64,000 nt of DNA from Rhodosorus marinus CCMP1338 (GCA_029953675.1 JAMWBK010000003.1:868001-932000); one strand, 5' to 3'; numbered from the stretch's first letter, positions 50,271 through 63,184 are shown. Notes: generated from the sequence alone by a model not told the origin. Made by a program: numbers and translations.

Positions 50271-50452
50271 AATTTCAATGGGACAATGAAAGAAATTGTC
50301 CCACTGAAATGGGACAACGAGAGTAGGCGGGAGGGGCTTAACGGGATAAGAGATGATGGGAAATTGGAAAGGGGGTTTGGGGTGGGGATGAATGGGATTC
50401 CGAACTGCTTTGGCCAAGGAGACGGATAGAAGAAAAGCGTTTGTATTCGATC

Positions 50453-51024
50453 ATGGAGTCTAATGGAGAGACTGATTCTATTACTGAGTTTCAGCAGAAA
50501 CTTGATGAGTTTGCGGTGATGATGTATAGTTATATTGGAATTCTCCAGAGGGATGCGCTTCCGGCTGGATCGAGTGATAAGGATGTTAAGGTGGAGGATT
50601 TGAAGTTGAGGGAGGACAGGAGGAAGGAATTGGAGCAGCAAGCTGTAGAGTATGCTACAAATATTGGTAAGGAGCTTGGCTGATATTGTTTTGTGGTTCT
50701 TTCCGGAGGTGATTCCTTTTCGAGCCCGTCCTAAAGTTTATGGTTTTTGTTGCTCTTTGCGTTTGTTTGGCTTTTTGCTATTCATTTGGAAACGCAGTAA
50801 AAACTGCTGAAGATGTCGACGATACAATAACCAACATCGAAAAGGAGGTGGAGAACACGGCTGAGGGCATCGAGATCGGGATAAGGGAGGCAAACGAAGT
50901 GTCCAAGCAGGTGGGAGTTAAGCTCAAGTCCAAATCAGAAAGAGTACGACAAACCATGGAAAGCATTCGCGTCGCTTTCGAGGAAATAGAGAAACAAGAA
51001 GATACAAGCAACTCATACAGCTAG
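50453..51024 (+). CDS. MED21: Mediator subunit 21 (Srb7)
   Basis: DSITEFQQKLDEFAVMMYSYIGILQRDALP..YATNI|VKTAEDVDDTITNI plus a coiled-coil end; one intron. Confidence 0.8.
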
Positions 51025-51049
51025 AGCGCAAACTCGTCGTCCTCACACG

Positions 51050-52437
51050 CCCTCCGGTAAAAAAAAAAAGGACGTTGTAGATAAACCCGCATTCCATGCA
51101 AATTTGAAGTACACATAAAGAAATAGAGATCCCCTGAATCCGTCCGAACTGTCGATACGTGTTGGAAAGCTTTCTATTTCTGGTCCGCAACCCCTTTCTA
51201 AGCCAATCTCTCTTGCTGCCCGTTGCTAAGAGCATCGTTCAGATTCTCGACTCTCCTCTCCAATCTAACCACGGCTGAGTAGCTGTCATGCTCAAAAAGT
51301 CTGAGAACCGAAGCCGCAAAGGGTACCGATACCAGCCAGGAGCACACACCAGCCAAAGTAGAGCTTCCACTGCACAGAATACTTGTCATGGCGATAATAA
51401 AGTCCCAGCGGTTGAACTCCGCGTTTCTTTCTCCGAGGCGCTTGGCTTTCTTCTCGATCTAGACGAGAACAAGGAAGAAAAGAACCCGCATCCTTCAGAG
51501 CTGTGAGAGGTGAAGACGGTTCAGGAGGCTACTAACTAGTCGCAACCAGAGTCTGAGAGAACTGGATGATGACTTAAATAGCAATCTAATCCGCTGGAAA
51601 AGACGAAAAGACGAAGACCGCAAGCATAGTACTCACTTCCTCTGATTCATTCTGAATCTTCGTTGATGTCCGTACTAGCCTCTGACACTGAACCTGGTCC
51701 GTGTACCTGAGAATGTCTTCTACTGCTTCATTGATACGGGCGGTGTAGGACCTCAGCAGCGGCGTAAGCTGCGGATCTAAAAGCTCGGTGTTGGTTGACT
51801 CGAACGCAGCCAGCTGTATCTCAGTCTGCTCATGGAGTTCACGGATTTCGTTGATTTCTCGGTCTTCCGTGTTACTTGGTTTGAGTTGCTTGGTCATGCT
51901 TGTGGAGCTCAGTGCTGTCGAGTAGGCGGTGGAGATAAAGTCCCGACCCTCGCGGTCTCGCCAGAGGACCAGCATCGCCAGACTGACGCTAGCTACGAAC
52001 GAGATGGCAACCGTCGGAGCGAAGTTAGTAATCCATTCCGTAAGTACTGCCTCGATTGTGGATTCGTCGTTGTTCCCCTTGGACTCAGCAACCGGACCAT
52101 AGAGACGACTGGCGACAGTCCCAGCAAGTGCGGCTACGCCCACCCCAGTGCGGAAAAGTAGGGATCGATCTGTGGGCTTTGTCAACTCCAGCTCGTTCTT
52201 CGCCATGTCGATAGCCGTCATCGCAGACGAAACCTTCTCGTCGTAGGCTTGAGTATCCTCAGAGCCTCGATCCCTCAGCATTCTAAGCGCCTTTGCTTCA
52301 GCCTCAGCTGCCCTGGACGCTTCCTCCGCGCTCCGCAGGACTTTCGGAAAGCTGTCACATCGTGTTGACCTTGAGGAGGAAGCCCCGGCACTGCTCAGAG
52401 CCACCACGCCAACGAAAATGCTCTTAAGCGTCTGCAT
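51050..52437 (-). CDS. Hypothetical coiled-coil/membrane protein; probably extends upstream toward ~53300 and has further 3' exons
   Basis: 283-aa ORF 51586-52437 with two hydrophobic segments and heptad-rich parts, flanked by splice-like sites. Confidence 0.5.
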
Positions 52438-53440
52438 CCGGGTTCTCTCCTCTCTTGAACAACGTCAGCACATCATCTCCATACGACAATTTGGGCTTTT
52501 GTGTTAAGACGAAAACTTGTCAAGGGATCAATAAGACTCCAACTTCAGTCAATATGCCCAGTTTGGCATTTTCGACGTCCAGCTATTCTGACCTTATCAA
52601 TGTCAAATCCATCCGCTTGCGAACATTCAATGGACTCCAGATGTAGCTGAGCATCGGCTGCGAAGGAGTTCACGTCTTCATCCTGATAGGGGCACGAGGG
52701 ATGTCAAAGAACGTGTCTCCGGTGAGTTGAGCACTGAGGCCGATGGGGATTGAACGTGACAGCCAGGCAGTAGCAGGTTGCAGTTGTTGATGAACTGGCG
52801 AATCGAGTTAGGCGTCAAAGGGTCAGGTTTCGGCAGTGAGCCTGAGGTTCGGGCTGACGGAGATACACATCGTGGGCAAAAAGTAGCGACTTCGCACCGA
52901 GGGCGGTCAGCACATCCCAAAGTGGCTGTGTAGGTGTACACTGCTATGCCATCCCCTCTTGCGGGAGGGGGGGACTTCCTCCTCACGGCTGCTTGGAAGC
53001 TGCTCTGGAGTCGGACGCTAGAGGTGGAAGGCTGAGGGGTAGCCTTCCCCCGCGATATTGTCTTGTTTGGGATTTTTCGTTTGAACTGTTCGTTTTTTTT
53101 GCTCCGAAAGCGGCGTCGCCGCTCCCGCTCTGTGCATTAGGAACCGAAGTGATTTGTTCAGGATCGAACGACTTGGGTTTATTCCAGAACCTCTTGGAAA
53201 GCCGTCCTCCACTGTTGGCATTGCATATAGTATGTATTCTGACCTCAGCAACGACCAGAATTTCAATGAGCAAGCGTGCATTTGAAGTCACTATGCCCAC
53301 CCTCGTGCCCAGCTCCTGCCCGGTTTGGCTTTCAAAACTCTATGACGGGTGAGGTCCAAACGTCTTGTTTCGAAGCAATGTTTCATGGAATTTCATGAAA
53401 AGACTCTGCACAGCTTCCCCAAAGGAGTGTTCCTGAAAGA

Positions 53441-55757
53441 CTACTGCGTCTTCGGAAGCTCTCCATTAACCGCATGCCCAGAGTAGTGCAATGAAGCAAT
53501 GAGGGAATCGCCGCCGCCTGTTTCTGCACTGGAAACCGACGAAATTTCGTCGAGCCCAGGCGGATGTTTCTCACGTAGTTCTTCGTAATCGATACAGCCC
53601 CAAAGATGTAATCGATCGCCCTGGATAAGGAAGAATTCTACAGCGCAGATTGTGCAGATCACAGCAAACACAATTCCTACAACCGAAAGGGGGCTCAACG
53701 AGGTAGACAGTGGCACCGACGTAAGGAGAGACGCTATAACAATCACCGTTCTTGCTCCCAGGCGATAACTAAACACGAAGAAACCCCGAGTCAACAACTC
53801 CTGCTGATACCAACCACACTCTCCGCATTACTGGCCAAGCTTACTATTTCGTGACAGAGTACGGTCCTTTTTGATGACACATACTTAGCAGCGTCGAGAA
53901 CAAAATCGCAGCTCCATATCCAGCACACAAAAGCCATCTCCATTTCGCGTCAAACACCGTGGTACCGCCTCCCTCTTCTGCGCGGATACCTCGTTTCACG
54001 AACGCACAAGATCATAGCCTAAGCGCGGGGAAGCTAGGAGCATTCGACCCAAGTGCTGGGAGCCCTTGTCTGGATTCGGTACTTACTTGCTTCTATCACT
54101 TCCCGAGCAGATTTTTCCACTTTAGTGATCGACTCCGCCGATGCTTGAAGCGCTTCCCCAAGTCCGGTGGCTCCTAGAATCAAGCAGGCATGGTAGAAAA
54201 GGTGAACCAAGGACCACAGAAGTCCTTTTTTCGCTGCGTATCGAATCGCGTGTCTGGCACAGATGGTAACAAAAGTGTGATGGTTAGGCCACAAGATCAA
54301 GGGTTGTGTAGAAACCGCCGATAAGTTTCATACTTCTCTCCTGGGAGGATCTTGTTGTCAATGTCAAAGTATATCGTCATTAATGAGTACGTGATACCCA
54401 AACCCAAGATTCCCACTGCGACTATAACGCCAGCTCTTTCTGGTGATGCGACCAAAGCTGACTCGAAAAGCAGCGAAATGAAACTCTCACCGAGCGTGAT
54501 CAACGTAATCAGCCCGAACTTTTCTGAGAATGCCTCAATATTTATGGCCGGTGTAACAGCACTTCTTCTTCGTTTATGAAGGAACTCTCGCAACGTCAAG
54601 GGTACCGAAATGGAGTAAGCGATTTGGATGCCAAAGGAGGTCCAGAACATTGCTCTAGCCACTTCCGCCTGCACGTGTTGACGAAAAGCAACCAAAAAAA
54701 CGGTAAGCAACCGCAAACCAGCTATCTGTGAGAAAGCAGCACACCTACACTATTAACCACGGCAGAGATAATGTACGGAATTGAGAACACTATAGACGCC
54801 AAGCCAGTCAACATCACCGTATTGTAGATTGGATTCTTCGTCCCAATCTTTTTGCTCTGAGAACCAAGAGCAAAAACCACTAGGCCACTGAAACACGTCA
54901 CAGCAAAGGAACTCCACGAAGTCCACGGAATGGTGCTGCTGAAAGAAGTATGTGCTGACAGTCCGATGCTAATCTACGCGATCAGAATAAGGACGCAAAC
55001 ATTAGAATCCCAGCAACCCTATAGATTGTTGGGAGTGAAACCCCTCACGGAAAGCATGCTCCTTCAACAACGGATTTCACGTTTGATGTTTTCCGTACCA
55101 GCCCAATCATGACGCCTAGCATTATGGACTTCTGCGCGAAATCTTGCTCTAGGGGAAAAAGGTTCAAAATGAACGCCACCGTGCGCCAAACCATCCAAAC
55201 GACTTGGAAAAGCAAGAAGAACTGGGTCGACGCATGGAGATTAGGAGTTGTTCTATCCACAACTATCGTACACAGCGTAGTCAGATGAAGAATTGTCCTA
55301 CCTTTTCAATGCTTGGCCACCCGTTAAACGTGTCCCGAAGCTCATGTCCAAATTCCGCGAAGCACGCGACAAGGATCAAGTCCATGAACAGCTCATCATC
55401 GGCGACTTTGCGCTTTTTCTTCTCTCTGTACAGCACATCTCTACAGAAGAACTGGGCTAAGTGTCGCCTTCGACACAAAATGAAGAGCACCTTCTCTCGT
55501 ACGCTCGCGTCTAAGCTTATCGGTCGTCTGCTCTTCAAATGCATAACGTCGACTTTTCCAAATTCTTCGTCCAGCGATGTCACCGATACCCTTTTCTCCA
55601 GATCCAATTCGCACTTGTCAGACGTTACAAGTCTTACTGGGCCCGAAACATCGCCGAGGCTGAGAGAAATCCCCGTGCCATCCTCAACGTCAACTGCCTC
55701 AAACTCTTTGCCCTGATCTCCCTGCTCCTCAGGGTGATTCCTGTTCTCCTCTCCCAT
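53441..55757 (-). CDS. ltrA: Low temperature requirement protein A (LtrA) family membrane protein, multi-exon
   Basis: RKVADDELFMDLILVACFAEFGH (cf. WLELFFDLVFV) and INIEAFSEKFGLITLITLGESFISL (cf. ERFGLFTIIVLGE); many TM helices. Confidence 0.82.
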
Positions 55758-57618
55758 GGTGGTCCCTTGCCTTCCACTAACGAAGCCGCAGCTCCTCGCG
55801 GGAAAAAAACCGTTTGAAAATCGACAGCAACAGAGGGCGACTCAAACCGCTCAATACAAACGAAAATAAACAATCTCTCTCTCAAAGAAATAGACAACCC
55901 TACCTCCTCCCATCCCCTCCAGGACATTCATCCGCACCACAACCCTAAAGCGTTAAGTAGGGCCTAATTTCTTCAGATATGCACTACAAGCCTCGACGCA
56001 CAAAAATTATTTCAAATACATGTAATCTTTGCACAGCCAAAAGGGAATATTGAGTGCTTCGAGGAGACCCGTCTAATCAACAGATATACTAACTCGTTCG
56101 AGGGCCTAGCTGATGATACCGTACGCGATCTGAAAATCTTTACTTTTTGCTTGGCCAAACCAACGACCTGGACAAGAAATATACACATTGCTCCAAAATA
56201 TTTCCACTAGAAAGAAAGCTGGTCGAGACTTCCAGCCTTCCCCTTCAACTCTTCAAACAAATAGTTTTTAATATGTTCAATATTATGATTGTTTTCTGTA
56301 ATTAATACTTCCGGCCCTGCCACCGACTTTGGCCAAAAAGATTCTTAGGGGGAGAAGAAAAGCTGGAGAAATTAGTACTTGCTCTATGGGCAAAATGTAC
56401 AATAGTCGGTGCCCATTTAGGCTGTTGAAAAATTGAGTTAATTTGGGTGGTGTGGAGGAGGAAGATGTTTATTCAGAGAATATGTTTTTCGGGAAGGGAA
56501 GGACAGTTCTGCATGCGTTTGAGGACTTTTTAAGTTACTCGATTTGGGTGATCTTGAATCACTATTTTATGAAGATGTCACCACCCTGAAATCAGCTGTG
56601 CTACACCGGTTCGTTCTGCTTGTTTTTGAGGTCTTTGGATTCATCGAGAGCTTAAGACGAGCAGGCGCGGGCCGTGCGGAGTTTGTGAAACTCACGGAGC
56701 ACTCTATGGTAGCTAACGAGCACCCCGGCTCGTGAAGGACGTGAAATTCGTGGGACAGCTTCAGGTAACTGTGAAGATGATACGTTCAGGTTGAGGAGGA
56801 GTCTACCCTGTTTGGTTGGAATGGTCCGTCTGCTTACATGGAAAAGTTCAATCGATACAACGGATCAACTCGCCCGCAGTTGATCGGCTCGTATACCTGA
56901 AGCTCAGACCTTACCAACTCAATAGTCATTCCCCCAAAAGGCGCTATCGTTCCCCAATGCACAATTCCTTCCTTCGTCAGTACCTCAGCGCAGCCGCCAG
57001 TACCAAACCAAACTTCCCTTCATATCAGCAAAAAATCTCAACCGCCTTCCCCAAAAAACAAAATACTTTATCAATAATATGTAAAACATAACTAAATAAA
57101 AGTACTTTACCCCAACCCATTACAATTAAAATCATCACAATTTTTATATTCATATGTCAAAATAAACTTACCCCAAAATCGTTAAAATTCCTCCAATAAT
57201 AAAGATACGATCAATTTAATACTTTAAACTACAACAATGAAAATTAATTTGGTTAGTTTTATACGATTAGATACTACAGAATATTTATATTTGTTTTTCT
57301 AAATTGGAGCTTCATATCGGAAGGAGGTGTTGAGATTGCTTTGCAGAGGAGGGATCGTTCAAGTATAGAAAAAGTGAGCTTTTTTCGGAGGGGGAGGGAG
57401 GAGGTTAAGGAGGGTGGAAGGAGAGTGGGAGGAGGGGTGTTGCTAAGTGTTTGGAGGAGTGGGTGGGAGATTTTTCCTTGTTTAGGTTTTTATTTTTGTG
57501 TTTTCTTGTTTGAGTAGGATTATTATATTTTTGTTTGGAAGGAGGTTTTGCTCTTTTGGGGGTGTTTGGTGAGGGAGGTGATCGGGGGTGTGTGTGTGTG
57601 TGTGTGCTTTGTTGAAAG

Positions 57619-57870
57619 ATGTCTGAGAGCGACGAGAAGAATAAGTTGGTGGAGTTGATAAGAACTGGGATTATTATAGCTGCTGCTGTTGGTGTTGCGA
57701 TTCGGGCGGTGCAGGAGATCCAACGTAGGCAGCAGAAGTCTGAGCCGATAGCGGCTGCCGAGCCGGCTCAGCAGGCGGCTGAGGAGATCGTTGACAAACT
57801 TGAAGAGACGAGTGCGGTAGCTGCAGACAAGTTCAAGGCGGCCGTACAGTCTGCAAAACCTTCCTCTTGA
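57619..57870 (+). CDS. Small single-TM hypothetical protein (83 aa)
   Basis: ATG follows a G-rich promoter-like flank; TM GIIIAAAVGVAI then an Ala/Glu-rich helix. Confidence 0.65.
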   Translation: MSESDEKNKLVELIRTGIIIAAAVGVAIRAVQEIQRRQQKSEPIAAAEPAQQAAEEIVDKLEETSAVAADKFKAAVQSAKPSS

Positions 57871-58789
57871 ACCCCGCGTTGTTAATTCTTTCGATACTAC
57901 TGTAAGGGGATATAAAAAGACTTCATTTCTTGCTGAAGCCTATTGAGCAGCTATTGGGCTTAGACCCTAGCACCTAATTTCAGGCCTGAACGTATCTTTT
58001 TCCCTCACTGTCGTCAAAGCCAGTCTGCTCCTTCCCTATCACTCTCTTAACTTACATATATGATTCGCCCTGCTGTGCGCAACTCACATTGAAACTCCTG
58101 CTTCTCTCGAAGCCGAGTTCTTTGACACTAGGTCATGCACTCGGGCCTCAGCGGGCCTCAGCGATCGTCCAGCGTTCTTCTTGGATCCGCAGGCGATCAA
58201 CCGATATCAGGAAAACAGCACCCCGAACGTGCGTCGGAAGATGTTGACGGACGAAACCTGGGGTTGGTCAGCGTATGCCAATTCAAGATAAGATCCAGGA
58301 CCTGAGCAGGAAGAAGTTGATGAACTCAGCATCATGGAAGGCGTGAACTGTGAGATCCCTCGTTGAGAGATCAAGTCGAAAAAAACCATGGTGGATGCCA
58401 GGATAAAATTCACAAAACCAATGCAAGCAAGCGGGCATCAATACAGCTCCTCTCCTTCACAATCGAGCCCTAGCCTGTGCTCTTCCTGAGCGATAGTCTG
58501 CACAGTTCACTTAAAAGCACAAGCATTCAACTCAAACATGCTCCAGCTTATCACCTGGGCGCCCACGGATCAGAGTTTAGTGAGCTCTTCCAGGCCAGGT
58601 ACCGTGCTAAGGATCGTGAAATGGGTTCCTACGCTACCTGTCAAATCTCTTACCGGTGAAACAAGTGGATCACATCAATCACATCCAGGCTTCTCTCAAT
58701 CATTGATCTTCCTTTCTCTTAAGCAAAGCAAAGCAGATGAATGCGAATGGATGCTCAATAGAGAATCAAGAGGAAGAACTTGGAAGAGA

Positions 58790-59850
58790 CAACTGAATCC
58801 ATCGAGCAGGAGCTCCACGAGAGCTCCAACTGACAGTGCCTCTTTGCTATTCACATCTGTCGCTGAAGGCGATTTGGATCCGACACGTTCACAACGATGA
58901 GCTGTGGACATGTGAACGTCCCTTTGGAGGAAGGGGATTGAGTCCGAGAGTGCCACTCAGAAGGCACACCTGAACCCATCCAGCAGCAGTTCTACGAGAG
59001 TTCACTGAAAATGCATCTTTACTATTCAATTTTTTTCTGTCGCTAGGGCGATTTGGGTCCGACAGGTTCACAATAATGAACTGTGGATATGCGAAAGTCA
59101 CTTTGGAGGAAGAAGATTGAGTCTGTCGGCCCTCGGAAGCCACTCGGAAGGCACACCTGATCCAGCTAGCAGGAGCTCCACGAGTGTTGAACTGAGGGAT
59201 TTGGTTCCGACACATTCAAAACGATGAACTGTGGATATGTAAAAGTCACTTTGGAGGAAGCAGTTTGAGTCTGAGAGTGTCACTCAGAAGTTACACCTGA
59301 ATCCATCTAACAGGAGCTCCACGAGAGTTCAACTGACAACGTCTCTTTCCCCTCCGCATCAAATCGCCCTCCGCATCAGTCGCGGAGGGCGATTTGATCG
59401 GACAGGTAACGGGGATGAACTGCGGCTCTGAATGTCACTTTGGAGGAAGAAGAAGATTGAGTCTGAGAATGTCACTTTGGAGGAAGAAGATTGAGTCTGA
59501 GAACGTTCTGAGGAAGAAGACTCGGCCTTGAGGAAGTAACGGGACAGGAGGAAGAGGATAGGACGGCGTCACCGGAAAGGAAGAAGATTAGGTCTGAGAA
59601 AGTCACAGGGAAGGAGGCACAGGATTGGATCAGAAAACGTCACAGGAAAGGAAGGAGATTGGGTCTGAGAAAATCGCAGGGAAACAGGAAGAGGATTGAA
59701 TCTGAGAACTTAAAAGAGGAGGGGAAGAAGATCGGATCTGAGCACCTCGCGGGGAAGGAAGTTTGGATCCGAGAAAGTCACGAAGGAAGGAAGAGGAGCA
59801 GTGGATCTGAGAGACCTCAGGGAAGGAAGAAGAGGATTGGGACATCGAAG
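58790..59850. repeat. Degenerate minisatellite grading into 140-190 nt higher-order units
   Basis: ~34-nt motif GAGTCTGAGAATGTCACTTTGGAGGAAGAAGATT and variants at 59430-59850; longer units anchored on CTGA..CC..C..GCAGGAGCTCCACGAG at 58793, 58970, 59157 and 59297. Confidence 0.85.
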
Positions 59851-59972
59851 GGAGGAAGAAGCGATTGATTTCTTGAGAGTTGAAGAGGAGCGTGGATGTT
59901 GAATTGACGACTCCTTGACCTTGTTTTTTTCTTTTTCGGTGTTGAAAGAAGTGAGGATCAATTGTTGCAACT

Positions 59973-61011
59973 ATGACTGGTGATGACTTGCATTTGGATG
60001 TGAGGATCCGGGACTGGGTCTTGATCCCAGTGGCCATTGTGACATTCTGCATGGGAATCATGCTTCAAAGTCTGGGAATCTTGGTGAGGAGACCTCTAAA
60101 GATCCATCAACACAAGATTAGAGAAGGTGCGACTTTGAGTCGACTCGGGCAGTTCAAGCGAAACGCCGGAGTTCTCCCTCCGGATCAGTTTGCGTCGAGG
60201 TTGGCGTTTTTTGTTGAAGGCGACGACGCGTTTTTGAACCAGCAAAAGGCACAGAAAAGTCTCATAAACTCGTTTATGAGTCCTGATTTCATGGCTTCGC
60301 AGCTGACGGAATCAATGCTTTCCTTTTTACCTCAAATGGGTGAGATCTGGATGGAAAGCAGACCTTCAACACGGTGTAACTGGAGCTCTTACTATTAATC
60401 TTCTGTGGCTTTCGTTTTCACAAGTTTTTGGAGCGTTTATTCGCTACACGTTTGGCGGATTTACGGTCTGTAAGGTTCCGTTTCCTCTCCCACAAAGGTT
60501 TGGTTCAATGCTGCAGAGCGGTATCGAGGTATGCTAGACATGGATCCGCTCAACGCGCCTCGGACTGCGCGATATCTGACGAGTTGAACCAAAACAACTT
60601 GATGTTTCTAACAGTTGGCCAGCAGAGATTTGGACGTTACCTACGTGAGCGCGCTTTCTTGGTATATCCTCAACTTGTTTGGATACCAAGGAGTCTATAG
60701 GCTGGTTCTTAGCTCGCCGAACATGACTGCCGGGACGCAATCTGCGAATAGTCGATCTTCGGCGTCTGCACTTAGCGGGATCATAACAGACCAGGTCGAG
60801 ATGGGATGGAATCAGAGCATACAGGGTGAAAAGGCAACGTTGAAAAAGTTGATATGCAAATGGTAAGAATCTTGGCCCTTGGCTTCTCCGTCAGCGATTT
60901 CTGTGGACTTTACTAATTCCCTGTGGTTGGGGCGCTTACCCCTTCAGGGACGTCCCTTCGGCTGAGGACGAGCTGCTCCAGATCAAGTTTAAAGAAGTGT
61001 ACAAACAATAG
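59973..61011 (+). CDS. EMC3: ER membrane protein complex subunit 3 (TMEM111/DUF106)
   Basis: DLHLDVRIRDWVLIP, FGGFTVCKVPFPLPQRFGSMLQSGI, SRDLDVTYVSALSWYILNLFG; multi-exon. Confidence 0.93.
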
Positions 61012-61042
61012 TTTAATTCGTGCCCAATTTTACTGTGGAATA

Positions 61043-61652
61043 CTAATCCGTCCTACTAAACTCTGAGGCTACTTGACGGTAAATTAAGAGTGCTTTCAGA
61101 GCAGCCTTGCTCTTTGGACTTGGAGACCGATGCGCATGTTTTACATCTCGGGCTGGATGCCCAAAATGTTGCAAAAGAAACGTACACCACAACCAAGTGA
61201 TGAAAACTAGCCCCAAACTGGAATCAGAAAAGGTGACCTGCTGGACCCATGTCGGCAAATTGCGCGAGCACGAGCTGTCCATCGATATTGTTCACTGACG
61301 AGAGGAAGCTCTTCAGCTTCTCCTTTCCCCATGGCTTTGAACTCGACTTCTCCACTTCCCGTTTTCTCCTTGCATATTCAGAACGGAAATCTGTCATCAG
61401 CCTCTTCTCCATTTCCGTCCACACGACTATTTCACGCATCATCGACTCCCCCCTACATATCGGACACCTGTCCGCATTGACCGTTGCTCTTTCCACGCAG
61501 TCCATACAAAATCCGTTTCCACACCTATGGAGAACAGGTCTGTAGAGCATCATCAGACAAATCGGACACTCTACATCACACGGAGGTTCATCCTTTCCAT
61601 CTCTTCTCCAGAACCTTCCCAGTCCTCTCTTCTCCACCACAACCTCACTCAT
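61043..61652 (-). CDS. RING-finger protein (RING-HC variant); 3' end uncertain
   Basis: CPICLMMLYRPVLHRCGNGFCMDCVE..RCPICR followed by EMEKRLMTDFRSEYARRKRE. Confidence 0.75.
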
Positions 61653-62443
61653 GATTCCCACACGTTGCTTCTCAAAACACCCGCTCTATCTCCTTCCTGG
61701 TCAGCACAAATCAGCAAGTTCCGCTCACTAGCAAACTTTTCAAAACCTTCTCAATTCTCTACAGCAAACCGATTCCTTCCCATTCGCCTCTGGAAGGAGA
61801 CAAGAACCACGCCAAACTCTTTTTGTACTGAACGTACTCTCGTCACCACACCCACCAAATCATTCAACCAAAGGCTCAAACAAACAGAGCCCTCCCGCCC
61901 TTATCGAAACAATACCCGAAGAAGACGTTGATACTCTCGTTCTCTCCTTTACGAAGAACAAAAAAACAAATCCTCAAAAAGCTTTGAAACTCAAAACGAA
62001 ACCACTCGAAACTTAACACAGCCACACCTGTGACCAGGTGGTCACAGAAGACCTCTAGCCCTTCTCGCTTCTCGCACAGCTTTCAACGAGGAGCGCTACA
62101 AGCCTTTTGTCTACTTCAGCCTGCCAATCTCCTCCCCGAACCCCTCCCCCGAAAAAGACAGACTTCGTCAGGTGACCTGTTTGGCCACACACTCTCTCTA
62201 TAATGAAGAAGACCGAGCACCTTCCAACGGGAGGATGAACGGAATGGTATCTCTTTTCAACCTCTTAAAGAAGACCAGCAAAGAACCTTTTCAAAAAGAA
62301 ACCACCTGAACAAGTATGCAGGTGAAGTGATTATGCCTTTTCACCCTCGAAGATGATGCAGTTAAGCCCATGCTTATCTATTGAAGAAGATGAAAGTGAA
62401 TTCATGAACGCCTGTACAACGCTCGCGATCGTCCAAAGTCATG

Positions 62444-63115
62444 TCAACAAACAACTTTCACTGTTGATGGTAACCCTGACACCAGGTGGGCCTCTTGAGG
62501 AAGAGGGTTTCCCCGCCAGTAGTTATGGGTTTGGATGGTTTGTGATAACAACAGTTGAGGAGGAATTCCGCGCGTTGTTGAAGCAACAGAATTGTTCTTG
62601 CTTTCTCTCTCATCTGCAGCTTTGCTAAGCGTTGATGATTGTGCTGAACTGTTCAACATCAAGAAGGCGATAAGGACTGAAAATCTTTAGAGAAGAACGC
62701 TTCCATATGGTAACCTCAAATGCCTGCTTTTGGATGAGAAATCCTGGTGTCAGGTCGTGCTGACTTGATCCGAAGCTCTTCGATTCACTCGACGATGCAG
62801 ATTTATTTCCATCTTTCTTAGTGTAGACGAAGACGAAGATAAAAAGTAGATTAGCGGCAACGGAAGCCAACGTTCCGTGCAAATGTCTCGAGCAGACTTT
62901 GCGCTCAGCATCCGATATCGTGACTCCTTGAAGGTCAACCCACAGAAGAAATTCGCCTTTAGCAAATATATTGTCGTTGACGGGTTGCCTTGAAGAGCTT
63001 CAAACGCGTACGCTTCTACAGCTTCTGGGAGCAGGTCAAAGTCTAGGACGTCGATTTGGTCGACTTGACTGTCTCCTCCAACGTCGCAACAAGAAGTTTG
63101 GGAATTTTCTCTCAC
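62444..63115 (-). CDS. Possible hypothetical protein (fragmentary)
   Basis: Overlapping minus-strand ORFs 62750-63115, 62625-62882 and 62444-62662 with splice-like junctions; no family recognised. Confidence 0.25.
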
Positions 63116-63184
63116 TCTTTTGGTGCGTCTGCTGGTCGGGTTGTGGTTAGTTAGCCATCACTCGAGCTACGTACTACGGCTCTC

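Noticed and set aside
56500-57100. Short plus-strand ORFs (63 and 91 aa)
   Set aside because: No ATG-supported model, hydrophobic pattern or family motif.
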